Assembly (NCBI GenBank): GCA_965202585.1
Contig: OZ241831.1
Coordinates: forward strand, 52,948,001 to 53,012,000
Reading direction: 5' to 3'
From: Thalia democratica
Taxonomy: Eukaryota
Length of the DNA stretch: 64,000 bases
In this document: in pieces, positions 36,935 to 50,600 of the stretch
Layout: each line of letters opens with the position of its first letter
How positions within the stretch are numbered: the stretch's first letter is position 1
Position numbers and translations under genes: made by a program
Notes under the pieces: generated by a model
What the model was told of the DNA's origin: nothing
Databases searched by the model: none
What the model saw: the letters and a program-made list of their open reading frames with translations, nothing else

Positions 36935-37243
36935 CTTAATTGACTCCTTATTTTTACACCTTGCATGTGAACACTTGTAGGCGCTACTTGCAGGTTCACC
37001 TTTGCAACCACGTGAAATGTGCTTGTTTACAACCTCATCCGGCGTCTGGGTCGGGAGAATTGGAACCGGTTTGTTGCAAAGAGGGCAGACAGGCACTCTT
37101 TTGTCTATTATTTTTGCACAATTGTGCTTTCTTTGTTCAAAGTGATCTTTACAGAACACTTTATTGCACGCATTGCATGTAGTTGGCAAGTAATCGTTGA
37201 TGTTGCAAACAGCGCAATGTTTCCCAATTTGTGGTAATTCCAT
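36935..37243 (-). CDS. ZFAND2: AN1-type zinc finger protein 2 (AIRAP-like), exon 1
   Basis: MELPQIGKHC..NDYLPTTCNACNKVFCKDH..HNC..VPVCPLCNKPVP..DEVVNKHISRGC..KCSHARCKNKESIK matches the ZFAND2A/2B N-terminus. Donor AAG|GTAGGT at 36934. The spliced product is 153 aa. Confidence 0.92.
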
Positions 37244-37349
37244 GTTGTGTTTATATGTATATTAGTTTTAGTTTATAAATTATCTAAACAGTAATAAAAC
37301 TAATACTAATTAATTTCATTTTAAAGCATTACAATGTGACCATTTAAAG

Positions 37350-37637
37350 CAGGGTTTCCCAAAGTGAGCCAAATGGCTTCCTTGAGTGCCATGACAGATA
37401 CTCAGGGGGCAACGAGCAGCAAAGGGGCCAGAGGGGGCAACGAGCAGCAAAGGGGCCACAGGGGTCCGTAAAGTCATAGCTGAAACTTACATTAGATATT
37501 CTGGAGTTGCTGATGAAGAGCAAAACAAAAAGGTCTTAGTTGTTATTAATGGTAGATTTTTGTATAGTATTCTTTGGGTGTCATATCTATTTAATTTTTT
37601 GAAGTGGTCCATTCGAAAAAAAGTTTGGGAAACCCTG
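37350..37637. mobile_element. 288-bp hAT (Buster/Charlie-type) MITE
   Basis: TIRs CAGGGTTTCCCAAA / TTTGGGAAACCCTG. 8-bp TSD atttaaag / atttaaaa with central TA. Internal direct repeat gggggcaacgagcagcaaaggggcca x2. Confidence 0.9.
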
Positions 37638-40600
37638 ATTTAAAACTTTGGTCAGCTATTTTATTTGGTAATAATGTTTTGCAAACACGGCTAAACTTAA
37701 ATTAGAAACTCTACAATGCTAAGTTTTAAACTTGAACACTGTATACTGTACAAACTACTTAATGCATTTCTTAGTTTTTTAAACTAAGTTGTTATAACAA
37801 AGAAAATACTCTAGTATTACGCAGTGAAAAACTGTGCTAACCCACCTTAAAAAGTTTAGACATGCGCTGCTCACAATTTGTTTTTAGTAGTTAATCTTAA
37901 CTTAGATTAGTATAAAGTAATTATTACGGTTATTTTGTACTCAAAAGCAAATAACAAAATTACACAATTTAAAAACAAACATAAATAGTTCTGTTACTTT
38001 AAATTTTTTCTTGACATATAAAGCTTGCTTCAATAGACTGAATGTCTATCAACATATTGTATTATTTACAACAAAACTTTTACCGTTTCTATCTATTTTC
38101 TACTTAAACTATTCTAAAAACTATTAACGTGGTGGAACAAATGCATAGATAGTGTTTTTTTTAAAGGCAGCAACTAGTTTAAATGGTAATCTGATTGTAT
38201 TTTGGAATTTTTTTGAGTATAATTCAATTACCTTATATACTTCTTTTAAGTTAATATGAAAATAGCTAAAATAATAGTTTATAATTTACCTCTTTTAAAA
38301 AATAAAAACTTTAATCTAATTTATAATATTATTTAAGTTTTTTAAAATAAAATTAAAAAAAAAATTGTAAAAATATTTTTTAATTGCTTGAAAAATCTTT
38401 ATTAATAAATATACTGGTAAAAAATGGTCCTATAAGTCTTATAGGTTTTATCTTTTTAACTTTTTATAAATCATGATAAAATTGTTCTACCTTGAGTTTA
38501 ATATTAAACAACCAAAGCTAATTAGTTTTTTAAAACCATTCTAATTTTTACTAATTAGTTAATAAACTGCTATTTACAACATTGTTTTTACAGCAAACTT
38601 GAAGTTATTTGGACAAAAGAAGTTCAAAATTTAATAAAAAAATAAAAATAAGTAAGCAGTATTCCTTTTGTTAAAGAGTTTTATTGTTGATAACAAACAG
38701 CAAGTATTTTAAACTAGAATATTTAAATTACTAAAAAAATTATTAAAATTAATAAGCTGTAGAAACTAGTATAACAAAACTAAAACTATACTCTTAAACT
38801 AATTTAAATGCCGTTTTTATTAAAACAGTTTTTGATGAAGACTAAAAATTTTATAAATAGGATAGACTTTTTATGTAAAATTATAATTTTACTACTCAAT
38901 ATGTAAAAAAAAGATAAACTCCATGTTGAATATTGATTGATGATCAAAATTCCAGGTTTTTTTTCAAAATTTCTCAAATTCCATGATTTTTTAATCTAAA
39001 TTGTCAAATTTTAGGCTTTGTGGAAATTCCGAGTTTGAATATATTCTTTTATTTTTTTTGCTAGTTTTTAAAACAATAAGTTTCTTGGTTTGAAAATATT
39101 TTACTGTATGTTTAAGGTAAGAAACTGTCTTAAGCAGTATAAAATATATTATTGAAAAATAATTTGCAAAGAAACTATAAAGGTACTTAAAATGTGTTTT
39201 TAATTAAATTAAGTTAATTATAAAAAATATTTTTTTATTAGAAAGTGTTTTTCATTTTAAATAATTCAGTTACATAACATGTAATTTTTTATTAAATTAT
39301 GTTTCTAATGATTTCTGTTCAAAATTCTTGGTTTTTCCAACTTTTTTCATAATTTCCCAATTTCCAGGTTTTTTATCAACCCTGTCTATAAAACCAAATA
39401 TCATCACTTTAATTAAGTAAGCAGTATTTCTACTGATAAAGAGTTTTATTGTTGTTAATAAACACCTAGAACTTCAAATAAGAATATTTAAATTATTAAG
39501 AAAATATTAAAATTGATTAAAATTAATGTTAACAAACTTAAATAAAAAAAAGACTTCATCACACTTTATATATATGAAGTACTAATACTTAAAAAATGTG
39601 TTGGATCTTGTAATTGTTTTATTACAAGCTAGAAAAGTTCTAATGACTATATACAATATGTACTACAAATATTTATTACAACTTTTGATAGTCAAATACT
39701 TTGTGTGGTATAACAGTGAAGGGATCCTAAATGAGGAATGCAAGATTGAAATCCAGTGGTCAACACATATTCAAAAATAAACTAAAATAAATTGTGAACA
39801 CAACTAACTGAGGAACTTAAGCTTCTATCCAATATAGCATATTTTTGAATAAAAGTTTACTATTTTAAATCAAATTTACTAAAAAGTTTATAATTATCTT
39901 AAAATCTTTCAACTGTAGTTGTTTAAATACTTATATACAAAAAAAAATGTTAAAAATTTACAAAGTATATGTGGAAATGAAATAAATACTAAAACTGTGA
40001 TGTCTAATATTAATATATTTTTTTTAATTAATATTTTCAAAGATAATTTGACAAAGTAGACATAAAAAGTTTCAATCTTTTAAAATTCCAAATTTAAAGA
40101 ATTTAAGAGCCCTTATAACAATTTGTTTGTTTTCAATCAAAGTTTTAAGTTCGAGTAACTTTAGGAAATTGGATTATGAAAAACTTGGCTACTTTTATCT
40201 TTTGTAACATATATACTAATAAAATTAAAGCACCATTAACTTTTTAAAACTTCAACATATTTATCTAACTAAGTATGTAAAAGATGTATAAAAGGTTATA
40301 CTTTTTAACATATTAAAATAAATACAAATTCAAGGCTTTTTCAGGTTTTTTTTTAGTGAGTTTTGTTTAAAATTCCAGGTTTTTCCAGGCTTTTTCAAAG
40401 TTTCTCAAATTCAAGTTTTTTCCTAGTTTTATTTTGGTCTAAATTGTCAACTTAGTGGTGTTTCAAGGTGAAGTGGAAAATATTCCCTAGATAGATTGTC
40501 CCAACAAGATTAAACTTTCTAACTTAACATTTAGAAAGAGTTCAAAATTACTGAGTTTCTATAGGTTTAATATATTTTTAATAATTTTTATTTCTTTATA

Positions 40601-40904
40601 AAATTTCTTAAATTTAAAGTTTTTTAAGGTTTTTTTGCCTAAACTATTAAATTAAAGATTTTTCCAGGATTCAAGGTTTTTTGGCAAACGTGCTTTAGAT
40701 ATAAGAAGTTATAATGAAAATAAACAAATTATTTTACTATAACAATAAAACCAAAATGAAGAAAGCAAGACATGACAAAAAGGGATCATTTTTTTGTGCA
40801 TGAATTTTGCAATTTTGTTTCATGAAACAAAAGTATTTTTGAGTTACTAGAACTGCTTAACTCTTTCGAAGTTTTTTTATTTGGGAAAACTCTTCAAATA
40901 AAAT

Positions 40905-41196
40905 GTTGTCTTTTTTAACTGAATTTTCTAGAAGGTTATAGTCTAGATCGTTGTTTTTCAAAATCTCCAGATTGTGTTTAAAACCAGGAAGAGCAGGTTT
41001 TTTAAAATTTTGCAACATAATATTCACAAAACTTATTAGCTTTTTCTAGCACCACTCCTTTTTCGTAATCATCTTTTTCTTTATTTATTTCCTTTTCTTT
41101 TTTCTTAACAAAATTTTGCAGAAAGCTTCTACAGTTAGGGTGGCGCTTTGAATATATTACAATTTTATTTATTTTGGATTGCATTGTTAGATTTGT
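40905..41196 (-). pseudogene. Truncated 5' fragment of the ART gene (copy 3)
   Basis: MQSKINK..SKRHPNCRSFLQN..YEKG..CEY then, after a frameshift, LPGFKHNLEILKNNDLDYNLLENSV. The first ATG codon is changed to ACA. Homology ends before the HGT motif. Confidence 0.9.
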
Positions 41197-41379
41197 TATA
41201 TATTTTTTTAAATGCTAAAACTCAAATTAATTTAGCTTTGGAAAATATTTACCAGTATTTATTTTTAAAGATAACATTTTTTTAAAAGAAAAATAGTTGC
41301 AACTGTTAGGTAAGTAAGTTTGTAACCAATGATTGTTGTAAGTCCATTAGTTAGAGAATGGGTTTGGCCTCGCTAATTA

Positions 41380-41413
41380 CTTGATACCAGATTTCAACCA
41401 AGTCTTTTTTATG
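41380..41413 (-). promoter_or_regulatory. Relict core promoter of copy 3 (CATAAAA from 41413, Inr A at 41382)
   Basis: Homologous to the copy 1 and 2 promoters, with 31-nt spacing. The upstream region is interrupted by unrelated DNA from ~41447. Confidence 0.4.
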
Positions 41414-44400
41414 TACATTCGTTTTAAGAACTTTGAATAAAACTTTAGGGCAGGGTTTACTTTTTTTTTTTATAAAGCCGCCTTTAATAAAACGAAAATC
41501 TAATAACCCTCCCTCAAAATTGCTCATAAAACTATTATTGAAAACGCAAAGGACCTTTCTTTTTGCTTGTTTTCATCAAATTAAGAGTATCTAGTGTAAG
41601 TTTTAAATTAGGAACTTAAGACTCCCTTTTTACAGCTATGGACCTTAAATTTCTAAAATATTCCAATAATATTTTGTATAAGTATTTAAACTACCATACC
41701 ATGCCTCAAAATTCATCAACTCTAGGATATCTAGTGTAATGTTCAAATAATAACCTTCAGGCCCTTGTGATAACTTTATAAATAATCACGCACTCACGCT
41801 TTAGCCATTTGCTGCTATGACTCCTTACCGCCGACATTAGGAAATCTCACTCTAGGAAATTTATTTTTAGTGTTTGTAACAGTAAAAATATTTCAATTAT
41901 ACTTTAAGCTACTCAATAGAAAATACCCTCTTAAATACTAAATGGTTTATAAGAACATTTTCGAATGACAAAAACAACAAACTTATGTTATAACAAAAAT
42001 TTAAAAAAAAATTCCTACAAGTTGTCTTAATTAGTTAAAAATTATTTTTAAAAAGTTTTAAAAACAATTGCTCGAAAACTAAAGGAGGATATAGGTTTTA
42101 TAGAAATAGCCTATTTTTGACCTTTTATTTTGAAACTCCAATAAAGAATTTATTGAACGCTCTAGTTTTGATGGCTTATATACAAAAGAATACTTTGAAC
42201 TTTAATAACACGTAACAAGTACTTAATCTTATTTTAGTTAGACTAATTTAGTTAAGATTAAGACTTATTGAAAAAGTGTTTAACCTCCAATAAAATTTTA
42301 GTTCTTACAAAAAAAACTAAAGTTCAAAAATTTGGCAAAAATTATTAAATAAAGTTGTTAACTTTTTTATAATATTTGCTGTATAATTGTTTAATTGCAT
42401 ACTAAAGTGAAAAATATAATTTAATTTATTATATAAAACCTTTGGTTTTTAATTTATATGTAAACTGCTATTAGTAATCAATATCTAATATCTAAGAACT
42501 ACTTTTATTTTAACTAGTTTTGTTTTAAATTTTTATCATAAATTTATTATACATAAAATTTGTAGTGATTATTATACTTAACTATTGATTATAGTGGTTA
42601 CTTCAACTGAAGAAAAAAATGATGAATATCAAAAAACTAGACTAATCAACCTGATTTTATTATAATATTTATAAACAAAAAAAATTTCTTTGTTATAAAA
42701 TTGATAAATTTAAAAACTATAACAACAATAACTTGACTTAATTTATAGATTAAGGGTAACATACATTATCAAATTATACTATTTGTATTCAAATTAAACT
42801 AGTGTACAATAAACAGTTAATACTAATTTTAATTTACATACTGGGCATAGTAAATGTTTTAGGACAATCAAGACATTTTATAAAAGCAATAACTTGAGTT
42901 TATAGTCTTTTTTCTAGAGTTTATGAAAATAACTTTAAAGATCAAACTGACTTTTTTTAAATTTCATTTTCAAATGTTTAGAAGAGTATGTTTTACTTTT
43001 AATTATTATTTAACAAAAAAATCTGTAAACAGGGTCGTCATGCTTTGAAGCAAATAATAAAAAAAGGTTGAAAAAAGGTCTAAACACTACTTTATGTTAT
43101 ATTAAACTAGCCTAAGTTTGTAATACATATAAAAATGTGTATGAACTATGATTGCACTCTTTGAGTCGAAAATGCCAGTCTAAAAAACAAAAATTAGCCT
43201 GAGATAAAGTGAACATTTAAAATAAAATCTATGTATGCAAAAACTTTATATAAAACTGCTAGTCAAGCTTAAATACTAAAACTTACAAAATTATTTAAAA
43301 AATGGTTTTGAATACTACAAATTGAATTTAAAACATAATTGAAGGATTGAAAGTGTTGTAAGATATAAAAGATATATCTTTGAGTGTTTTTATTTATAAA
43401 GTAATTTTAATAATGGTTGTTGTTTTAATTTAAAAATTTTATATACTTTAAGATAATTATCACTAATAAGATTAAATTTTGAGAAAGGTTTGTAAGATTT
43501 TTTTTGCATAAAGGAGAATGTTTTATTTCTGACTTTCGCTGAATTTAGAAAAGTTTACCAAGAATTAATCTTTTTTACTGTTATTAATGTGAGATAATTT
43601 CAGAAAGATTGCGAAGTTACTCTAGGATAAGATGAATTTTTTTAATGAAAAAGTCTCGTTTTGTCTTTATATCTAGGTCTTTCCATGAAAGATTTATTTA
43701 GCTCCTGACTTAGTACCTTCTTATCTCCGAAACTATTTTGAATTATTTCACTAATAAAACAGTAAAAAAGAAATTATAGCTGAGTTTAAATATTATTATA
43801 ACAAGTCAATTAAGTGACTTATCCTCTTATTAGCCTTGATATATTTTGGTAACTAAAAATATTTCAAAATTTAATAAAACACAAAATATTTACATTTAAA
43901 ACCTTGCAAGAAACTTTTAAAATATTCTAAGTAGCCAGGATGCAAAATATGCAGACAACATTAAGTTGGCTTAAAATTTTTAAAACATTAAAGTTTTCCT
44001 GAGTAAAAGACAACCCTGTATATACCAAAAGCTAAAATACTATTAATAATTTCGATTACTTAGTAAATCATAATAACAACAAAAACATTTACTAAGCAGA
44101 AAAAAAAAACTTTTATTCTGGAAACATAGCAAGAAGTACGATAATTTGACTTTAAATTTACAAAAATATTTGAAGTATGAGTTCTGCAAAAAAAGACAAT
44201 TTTTTTAATCACCATATAAAAAGTTTTAAACTAGCCTCAGCTAAAATAATTTTCTTTATATGAAACAGACTTTTTATAAAATTATAAAACATTTGTACAA
44301 AGTAAATTTTAGTTTCTAATCAAGATATGCAAATTGAAAAAAACTGTTAGAAAGATAGACTTTATTTGAATGTTGTTATATCACCTTTTAAACAGCCTTT

Positions 44401-44703
44401 AATATATACAACAGTTATAACATATACCTTTAACCAAGTGAATTAACTACACTCAAAGCACAAAGCTGTAAACAAATTTCCTACTCAAAATTTATCCTTA
44501 GTAATTTTTCCTAAATCTTGTTGGTTTACCCATTTCTACCCATTTGGGCTTATAGCTAGATAAATCTATGAAGCCTTTTAGTTTGGTTGGCAAGGCTAAA
44601 TCTATTAATACCAAATCTTTTTTGAACATTTTTTAACCTTTTAGAAATTTTAAATCAATTTCTTAGAGATGTCCCTTGTAAAAAATCTTAAGAAATAGAG
44701 TTG

Positions 44704-45108
44704 CAGGGTTGCGAATAGTTTTTGTAAATTCTTCAAGGTTTTTTAAATTTCAAAAAACTTGTACTTTAGCCTATTTTTAGTATAAAAGTAAACACAAGGT
44801 GAAAAAAACTGGTTTAAATAGTAAAATAATATGAAAAAACTTTTTTGAAGCTACTTCGAATGTGTTTTTTTTAATGAAAAAATTTGAAAAGGTTCAAAAT
44901 GTTTTTATGTTTATGACTTATTTTTTGTATGGAATAAAATTTAATTACTTTAAACATAAAAGTAGTTTGAAATTTTAGCTTTATCAGTGATTTAAGTTCA
45001 AAGTTATAGGTTTTTCAGTTTTATTGTAAGTTTCTCAGTTTCTATGTTTTTAGTCTCAATTATGTACATCTAGGTTTTTCTAGGATTTCAGTTTTTTTGG
45101 CAACCCTC
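44704..45108. mobile_element. Degenerate CAGGGTTGCC-TIR MITE (paralog of 6665-7111)
   Basis: cagggttgcgaa...ttggcaaccctc, at the same position in the duplicated upstream block. Confidence 0.55.
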
Positions 45109-45886
45109 AACAAAATAAAACTTTAATTTCTTTCACAAAAGTTTTCTAGCATCTTTACAAAAACAAATCTCGAAACTTTCTAAACTATGCTTTAACTTAA
45201 ATATATTCAAGGTTACAAGGAATTCCACTTTCACTGTCAAAAAACTTTCTTAATTGACCAAAATCTGCACTGACTGATCTAAAACATCCTGAATTTTTTT
45301 TTTAAATCTTTCAAAATGATTTTTTTTAACTTTGAAAATGAATATAAATCTAGTTTCAACTAAGTTGGTTATAAAATAACAAAATTTTGGAACTGAATCA
45401 ACTAAATTTTATCCGAAACCTGTAAAAATATGTAGTGAATAAAACTAAGGTATCTCAAGTTAGCCATATTTTTAACAACAACATTTATAGTACTTTAAAA
45501 TATCCTTTGTAAGTTACAAAAACCAAACATTTTTAAAGAAATTCACATTTTAACTTATTGTTTAGATGAAGCAAACTAATTCTTAAACATCTTATAAAAT
45601 ATCATACATAAAAGATATACTGAAAATGTTTAACAGTTTTGTTTAAAATAGGCAAAAAGAACATTTTCAATGACAAAGAAATCCACAGTTCAGTCATCTG
45701 TAAAAAAAATTCTCTTTGTTTTTAGTTCACTCACTTTTAAGCATTTGATCTTTTAAATAATGATATTTTTTAAGTATTGTCAAAATAACTGATTAAGCCT
45801 TAAGTGTATAAACCGTTTTTTACAAAAATTGTTAATATTAAAACACATTTTAATGAAAGAACAAATATATACAGGGTTGAAATTTA

Positions 45887-46217
45887 TAGGGTTGCCACTG
45901 GATTTTTAGAAAATTCTTTCAAGATTTTGATAGCACATGTTTTTGTTTTTTGTTTAGCTTAAAGTTAAGTTAAAGTTTAATAACTGTTTAAACTACTATG
46001 ACAAATATTAAAACATACTGTAAAGCTACTTTAAATATGTTTTTAAATATAATAGATTTAGGTGTCAAATCAAACTTTTACTACTTAATATGTAAAAAAA
46101 TTTTCAAATTCCAGCCTTAACAAGAATTTATGTTCACAATTCAAGTATTTTTTTAACTTATCAATTTTCTGTTATTTTAACCAAAAATTTCAAATTATAG
46201 GTTTTGTGGCAACCCTG
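45887..46217. mobile_element. MITE with TAGGGTTGCCAC/GTGGCAACCCTG TIRs and a 6-bp TSD (aattta)
   Basis: Flanks 45881-45886 and 46218-46223 are both aattta. It is inserted just inside an older cagggttga end at 45872. Confidence 0.75.
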
Positions 46218-47639
46218 AATTTAAAATACTTTCCACTAATTCTTTTATTCAGGTTTTTACCGAGAGCAATTATTTCAAATACAAATATTTAAACTACAAA
46301 AAACAATAAGTTGATTCAAAGGTGATTAGGATTACTAATAACAAACTTAAATAAATAAAAAAAAATTAACAGTTTTTCTTAGTCACACTTTGTATAAATG
46401 AAATACTAATACTATACAATGTGTGAGATGCAACATATTTTTCAATTATAAACTAGATAAGTGAAAAGTTATAACAGAAATATAAAATGTATACTACAAA
46501 TGTTAATGGGAATTTTTATAGTCATATATTTTGAGGGGTAGGGGTCTTAAATTGAACTTTGCAAGATTTAAACCCAATGGTCAACATATATGAAAAGAAA
46601 AATTGCAAACAATACTAATTGAGAAACTTTAGCTTCTATTAAAAACAAGATTATGTTTAAGAAAAACATAAATATTTTATAACAAAGTACTAAAAAATTT
46701 ATTATTTATATTTTACTTTAAAAATTTCACCTGCAGTTGTTGGTTTATACACTTGTATACAAGTAAACAGTATGTGTAAGTAAATTGGATACTAAAACTG
46801 TATATTTTTTTACCAAATGTCTTCAAAAAACATTTTACAAAATGGACTAAAACAGATTTCAACCTTTTTAAAAAAATAAACTAATTTAACGATTTTTAAA
46901 ATTTGATCAAGCAAAGCTTAATAACAATGTTTCATATAAAGTTGATGTTTTCTTATTAAAATATAAAGATCTTATAGTGCAAAGAATATTTGTAAAAAAT
47001 CATAAAAATATTCTAATTGTTTTGTATGCCTTTAGAGTTATATTGATAAAAAATTCTAGGAATTGAACAATAAGTTGTTTGTTTCCACTCAAAAGTTTTA
47101 TATTCGATTAACTTCTGGCAAATATATAATGAAAAACTTAGCAATTTTTTTCTTTTGTAACATACATATATACATATATATAAATATATAAAACTAATTA
47201 TCATTAACTTGTTAAAATTCAAATATTCTTGATTAATTAAGAATTAAAGTATGTAAAACAAATTTAACAATGAGTAGTAGCTGAAAAAAAAAGCCAAGTC
47301 GGTAATTTTTTTCTTTAATTTTTAGTTTTATCAATAAATCGTCTCATATCTTCATATTTTAAGTTAATCAAAAACAATTATAAGAATTAACGTTATTAAA
47401 AACATTATTTTTTTTTTGATGACTAAGATTGTTTTAGCTTTTTAAGCTCAGATATACTTTTAAGTATATTGTCAACTATATATATATGTTAATATTTATA
47501 ATATATAAAACAACAAATTTTCAAATCGTTTACTTAGTTTCGATACTTAATGCATCTTCTCAGAACGAAATAAAGAAAAAAGTAAGACTTTTAAAGAATC
47601 ACACAAAAAACACATTGTGACGTTTCAACTATAGTATAT

Positions 47640-47642
<3 letters not shown>

Positions 47643-47685
<43 letters not shown>
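47643..47685. repeat. (TA)n microsatellite, ~21 units
   Basis: Direct inspection. Confidence 0.95.
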
Positions 47686-47691
<6 letters not shown>

Positions 47692-50600
47692 TGTGATTTG
47701 CATAAATTTTAACAACTCAAAACCACAAAGTTTTACTAGCTTTTAAAAAAAGAAAATATATACTATAGATTAAACCCTAAAAATCTTTTGGCGAATAGTT
47801 TGTTGAAAATGTTTTCAAATTTTAGAGGTTGTACACGCTTTGCTTTCTTTAACATGCGTCCTAATTCTGACGAAATCAAGTTAGTGTGTTCGGCTTTTAT
47901 TTCGCTAATATTAAGATAAAATCATTTATAAAAATTTGCTTTTATTTTATTATAATAAAATGCTATTTATATATTTTACATAATATTTCAAAAAAGATTT
48001 TTGTTTAAGTTTGTTATTGTAGTTCAATTGTTTTTTATAAATTGAAGCTATAATAACAAACTCTTTTGTTAGAACAAGCGCTTTTTACTAAAAAACGTTG
48101 TTTTTAAACTCTGAAACTAACTAAATATAAATTTTATTTTTTTTTCTTTTTTATGTTCTTTCTATTCAATACAACTAAGCAAAAACAACAAAGTAATAGT
48201 TCCAAAGTATTAATAAAAAAGCAGTAAAACCAAAAAAAAATAACGAAAATAGAGAACAGTGCAGTTTATATATAATTAATAAATCGTTAAGTGACAAAAT
48301 AACACATAAAAATTTGATTTCAAGACCTGTTGTCAAAAATACCTTGGTTAATCTAGTCATAAACCACGAATACCTTTTAACATCTTGTACATTGAAATAA
48401 CAAATAGTGTAATTTAAACTAGTGTCATAGTTAAAAACTTGATAAACTTTTTGTTTAGAAGGCAATGTTTTTAACATACTATGAATTGGAAACAAGAAAC
48501 AGTTAAATTCACTTTAAACTAAATGCCTAAAAAACATGTCTAAAATAAAAGCATTCTTTTATAGGTATGGTAAATACATTTTGATGTTCATAAACTCTTT
48601 GATTTATGAAAAGTTATGAAACCGTAGATGTAAATTTTCATTATTCTTACCAACAGTATTTTTGTTTTAATTCTATTTAAAACATTATAGGCTTTTAGTA
48701 TACAGAAACTAGACATTATGATAACTTAAGTTCACTTTTTTTTTTGTTCGAAAAGGGACGCTAGAGAAGACTGTAACTGCAAATTAGGTTCTTTACTTAG
48801 CTTTATTTTATAATCGTAATTTAGTTGCTAATCGTAATATTTTGTTATGAAGGTTCTATAAACATCGGGTGTTTAAACTTACATGTATTTGCAAACACCT
48901 CATTAGGAAAATCTTAACATAAGACAGCTAAATTCATGAATTAATTATTGTCACTTACAATATTGAGTTAGTTATAATAATAAATTTAATTATTTTAGCT
49001 TCGATTTTAGCAAAATTTCAGCTGCCAAGGTTGTTGTACATCTCTTAATTTATCGCTTTCTTATCATTTTTTAGTAAACGAAAATCTACGACCTTTTTAC
49101 TCTTGTTTTCAAAACATTTTGCAGCCGTTTTCTGTTTTTTCTGCAATTAAAACATTAAAGATGCATTAATTGATTTAATCGAAATAAGCTTTTTTGTACA
49201 TTTTGGGTTCATTTTTATCTCGAAAACAGCATGATGAAAAAAAAATGAAATAGTTTTTTTTATTTAAAATACTTGAAACTTTTTATAGTTTTATTACAGT
49301 AACAAGTTGTTGCTGTAAAGGAAACTTTTTTTACAGTTTCAGTTTAATTTACAGTAATTTTTTAAGTAAAATGACAACTACTTAGATAAATCTGTTAAAA
49401 AATATAAAAAACTGTTTATAGCTAGTCTAAGTAATTTTAAAGTTGTCATTTGAAACTATTTAGAACTATTTTTGCTTCAGTTTAATAGCTTTGTAATAAA
49501 AATTTAATCAATTTTTGATCAGTGTAATACACAATTTTAGCTAATCTAGCTAGTTTTAGTTATTTATTTTAGTTGTTAGTCAACTCATGAAAAATAATTA
49601 AATGTTTTTCAAAATAACTTGTTTATGCTCTTATATATGAAGTAGTTATATCAAAATATCATTTAAGATCATAGGAAGACAAACAAAATACGCAAAAACT
49701 TAAAATAATCTTTATTTTTAATAAGTGCTGATAATTTTTAAACTAACAATAGAGGCAGTTTTCAAAACCTTTTATTTATAAAAGAATCAACTCTACCATT
49801 TACTAAATATTTAAATTCTTTAATTCTTGAAATAGGGTTTTCCTACAATAGGCAAAATTGCCTCTTTAATCGCATTCATTATAAGGAAGCAAAGTGTAAA
49901 TAAACAATTAACTAGCAAAGTTGCGATAACAAAAAATATAGGTAGTTATATAATAAATTTCCGCTTAGAGGCCTTTATCAAACTAAATTTAGGAAACTGT
50001 TGTCTCTGTTATATTCTAAATATCCTAAACAAACAAGCAAATAAGTTAAAGACTATTTACTTTTAAGTTGTTAAGTATTCCTGTTCTTAATGTTTTTCTA
50101 TTCTCTTTTGTAAGAACAAGTTATATTCGAAACAATTTTAAAAAATAAAAATACTGACAAGTGGGTTGAACTTATAAAACGATGTTAATCACTCTTTTTC
50201 TAAATAAGTAGATAATTATTGTACGGACAACTAATTACAAAAATAAAACTATTCTGCATCTAAAAAATATTCAACAGTAGCCAACAGCAAGCTCAAGTTT
50301 TCTCAAAGACAATCTTGTTAAAATTAATAATTTTGTTATCCTACGAGATCATTAGTATCAATTTATCAAAGTATGATGGATTTGATTGAAAAAACACCGT
50401 TTGAGTCTAAATACAACGTAAAAAAAGCATTACTGATCGAAGTATGGAATAATTGAATACAATTGAACTTTTTTTACTAATGTGTTAAAAATGAGTTTTC
50501 CTTAAAATAAAAATGTATTCTTATTTTCAAAACAAGACCAGAATATAAAAGAACTATTTTATATAAGCAACAACAATCCTGTGAAAAACTCAGCAGAATA

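Noticed and set aside
37244-37700. Heat-shock element expected upstream of an AIRAP-like gene
   Set aside because: I found no convincing array of alternating nGAAn units by eye.
48280-49240. Exon-like minus-strand fragments (MLKTLPSKQKVYQVFNYD.., KVVDFRLLKND, DFPNEVFANT)
   Set aside because: They are interrupted by stops and no family was recognised with confidence. They are probably decayed transposon ORF pieces, but I cannot support a call.
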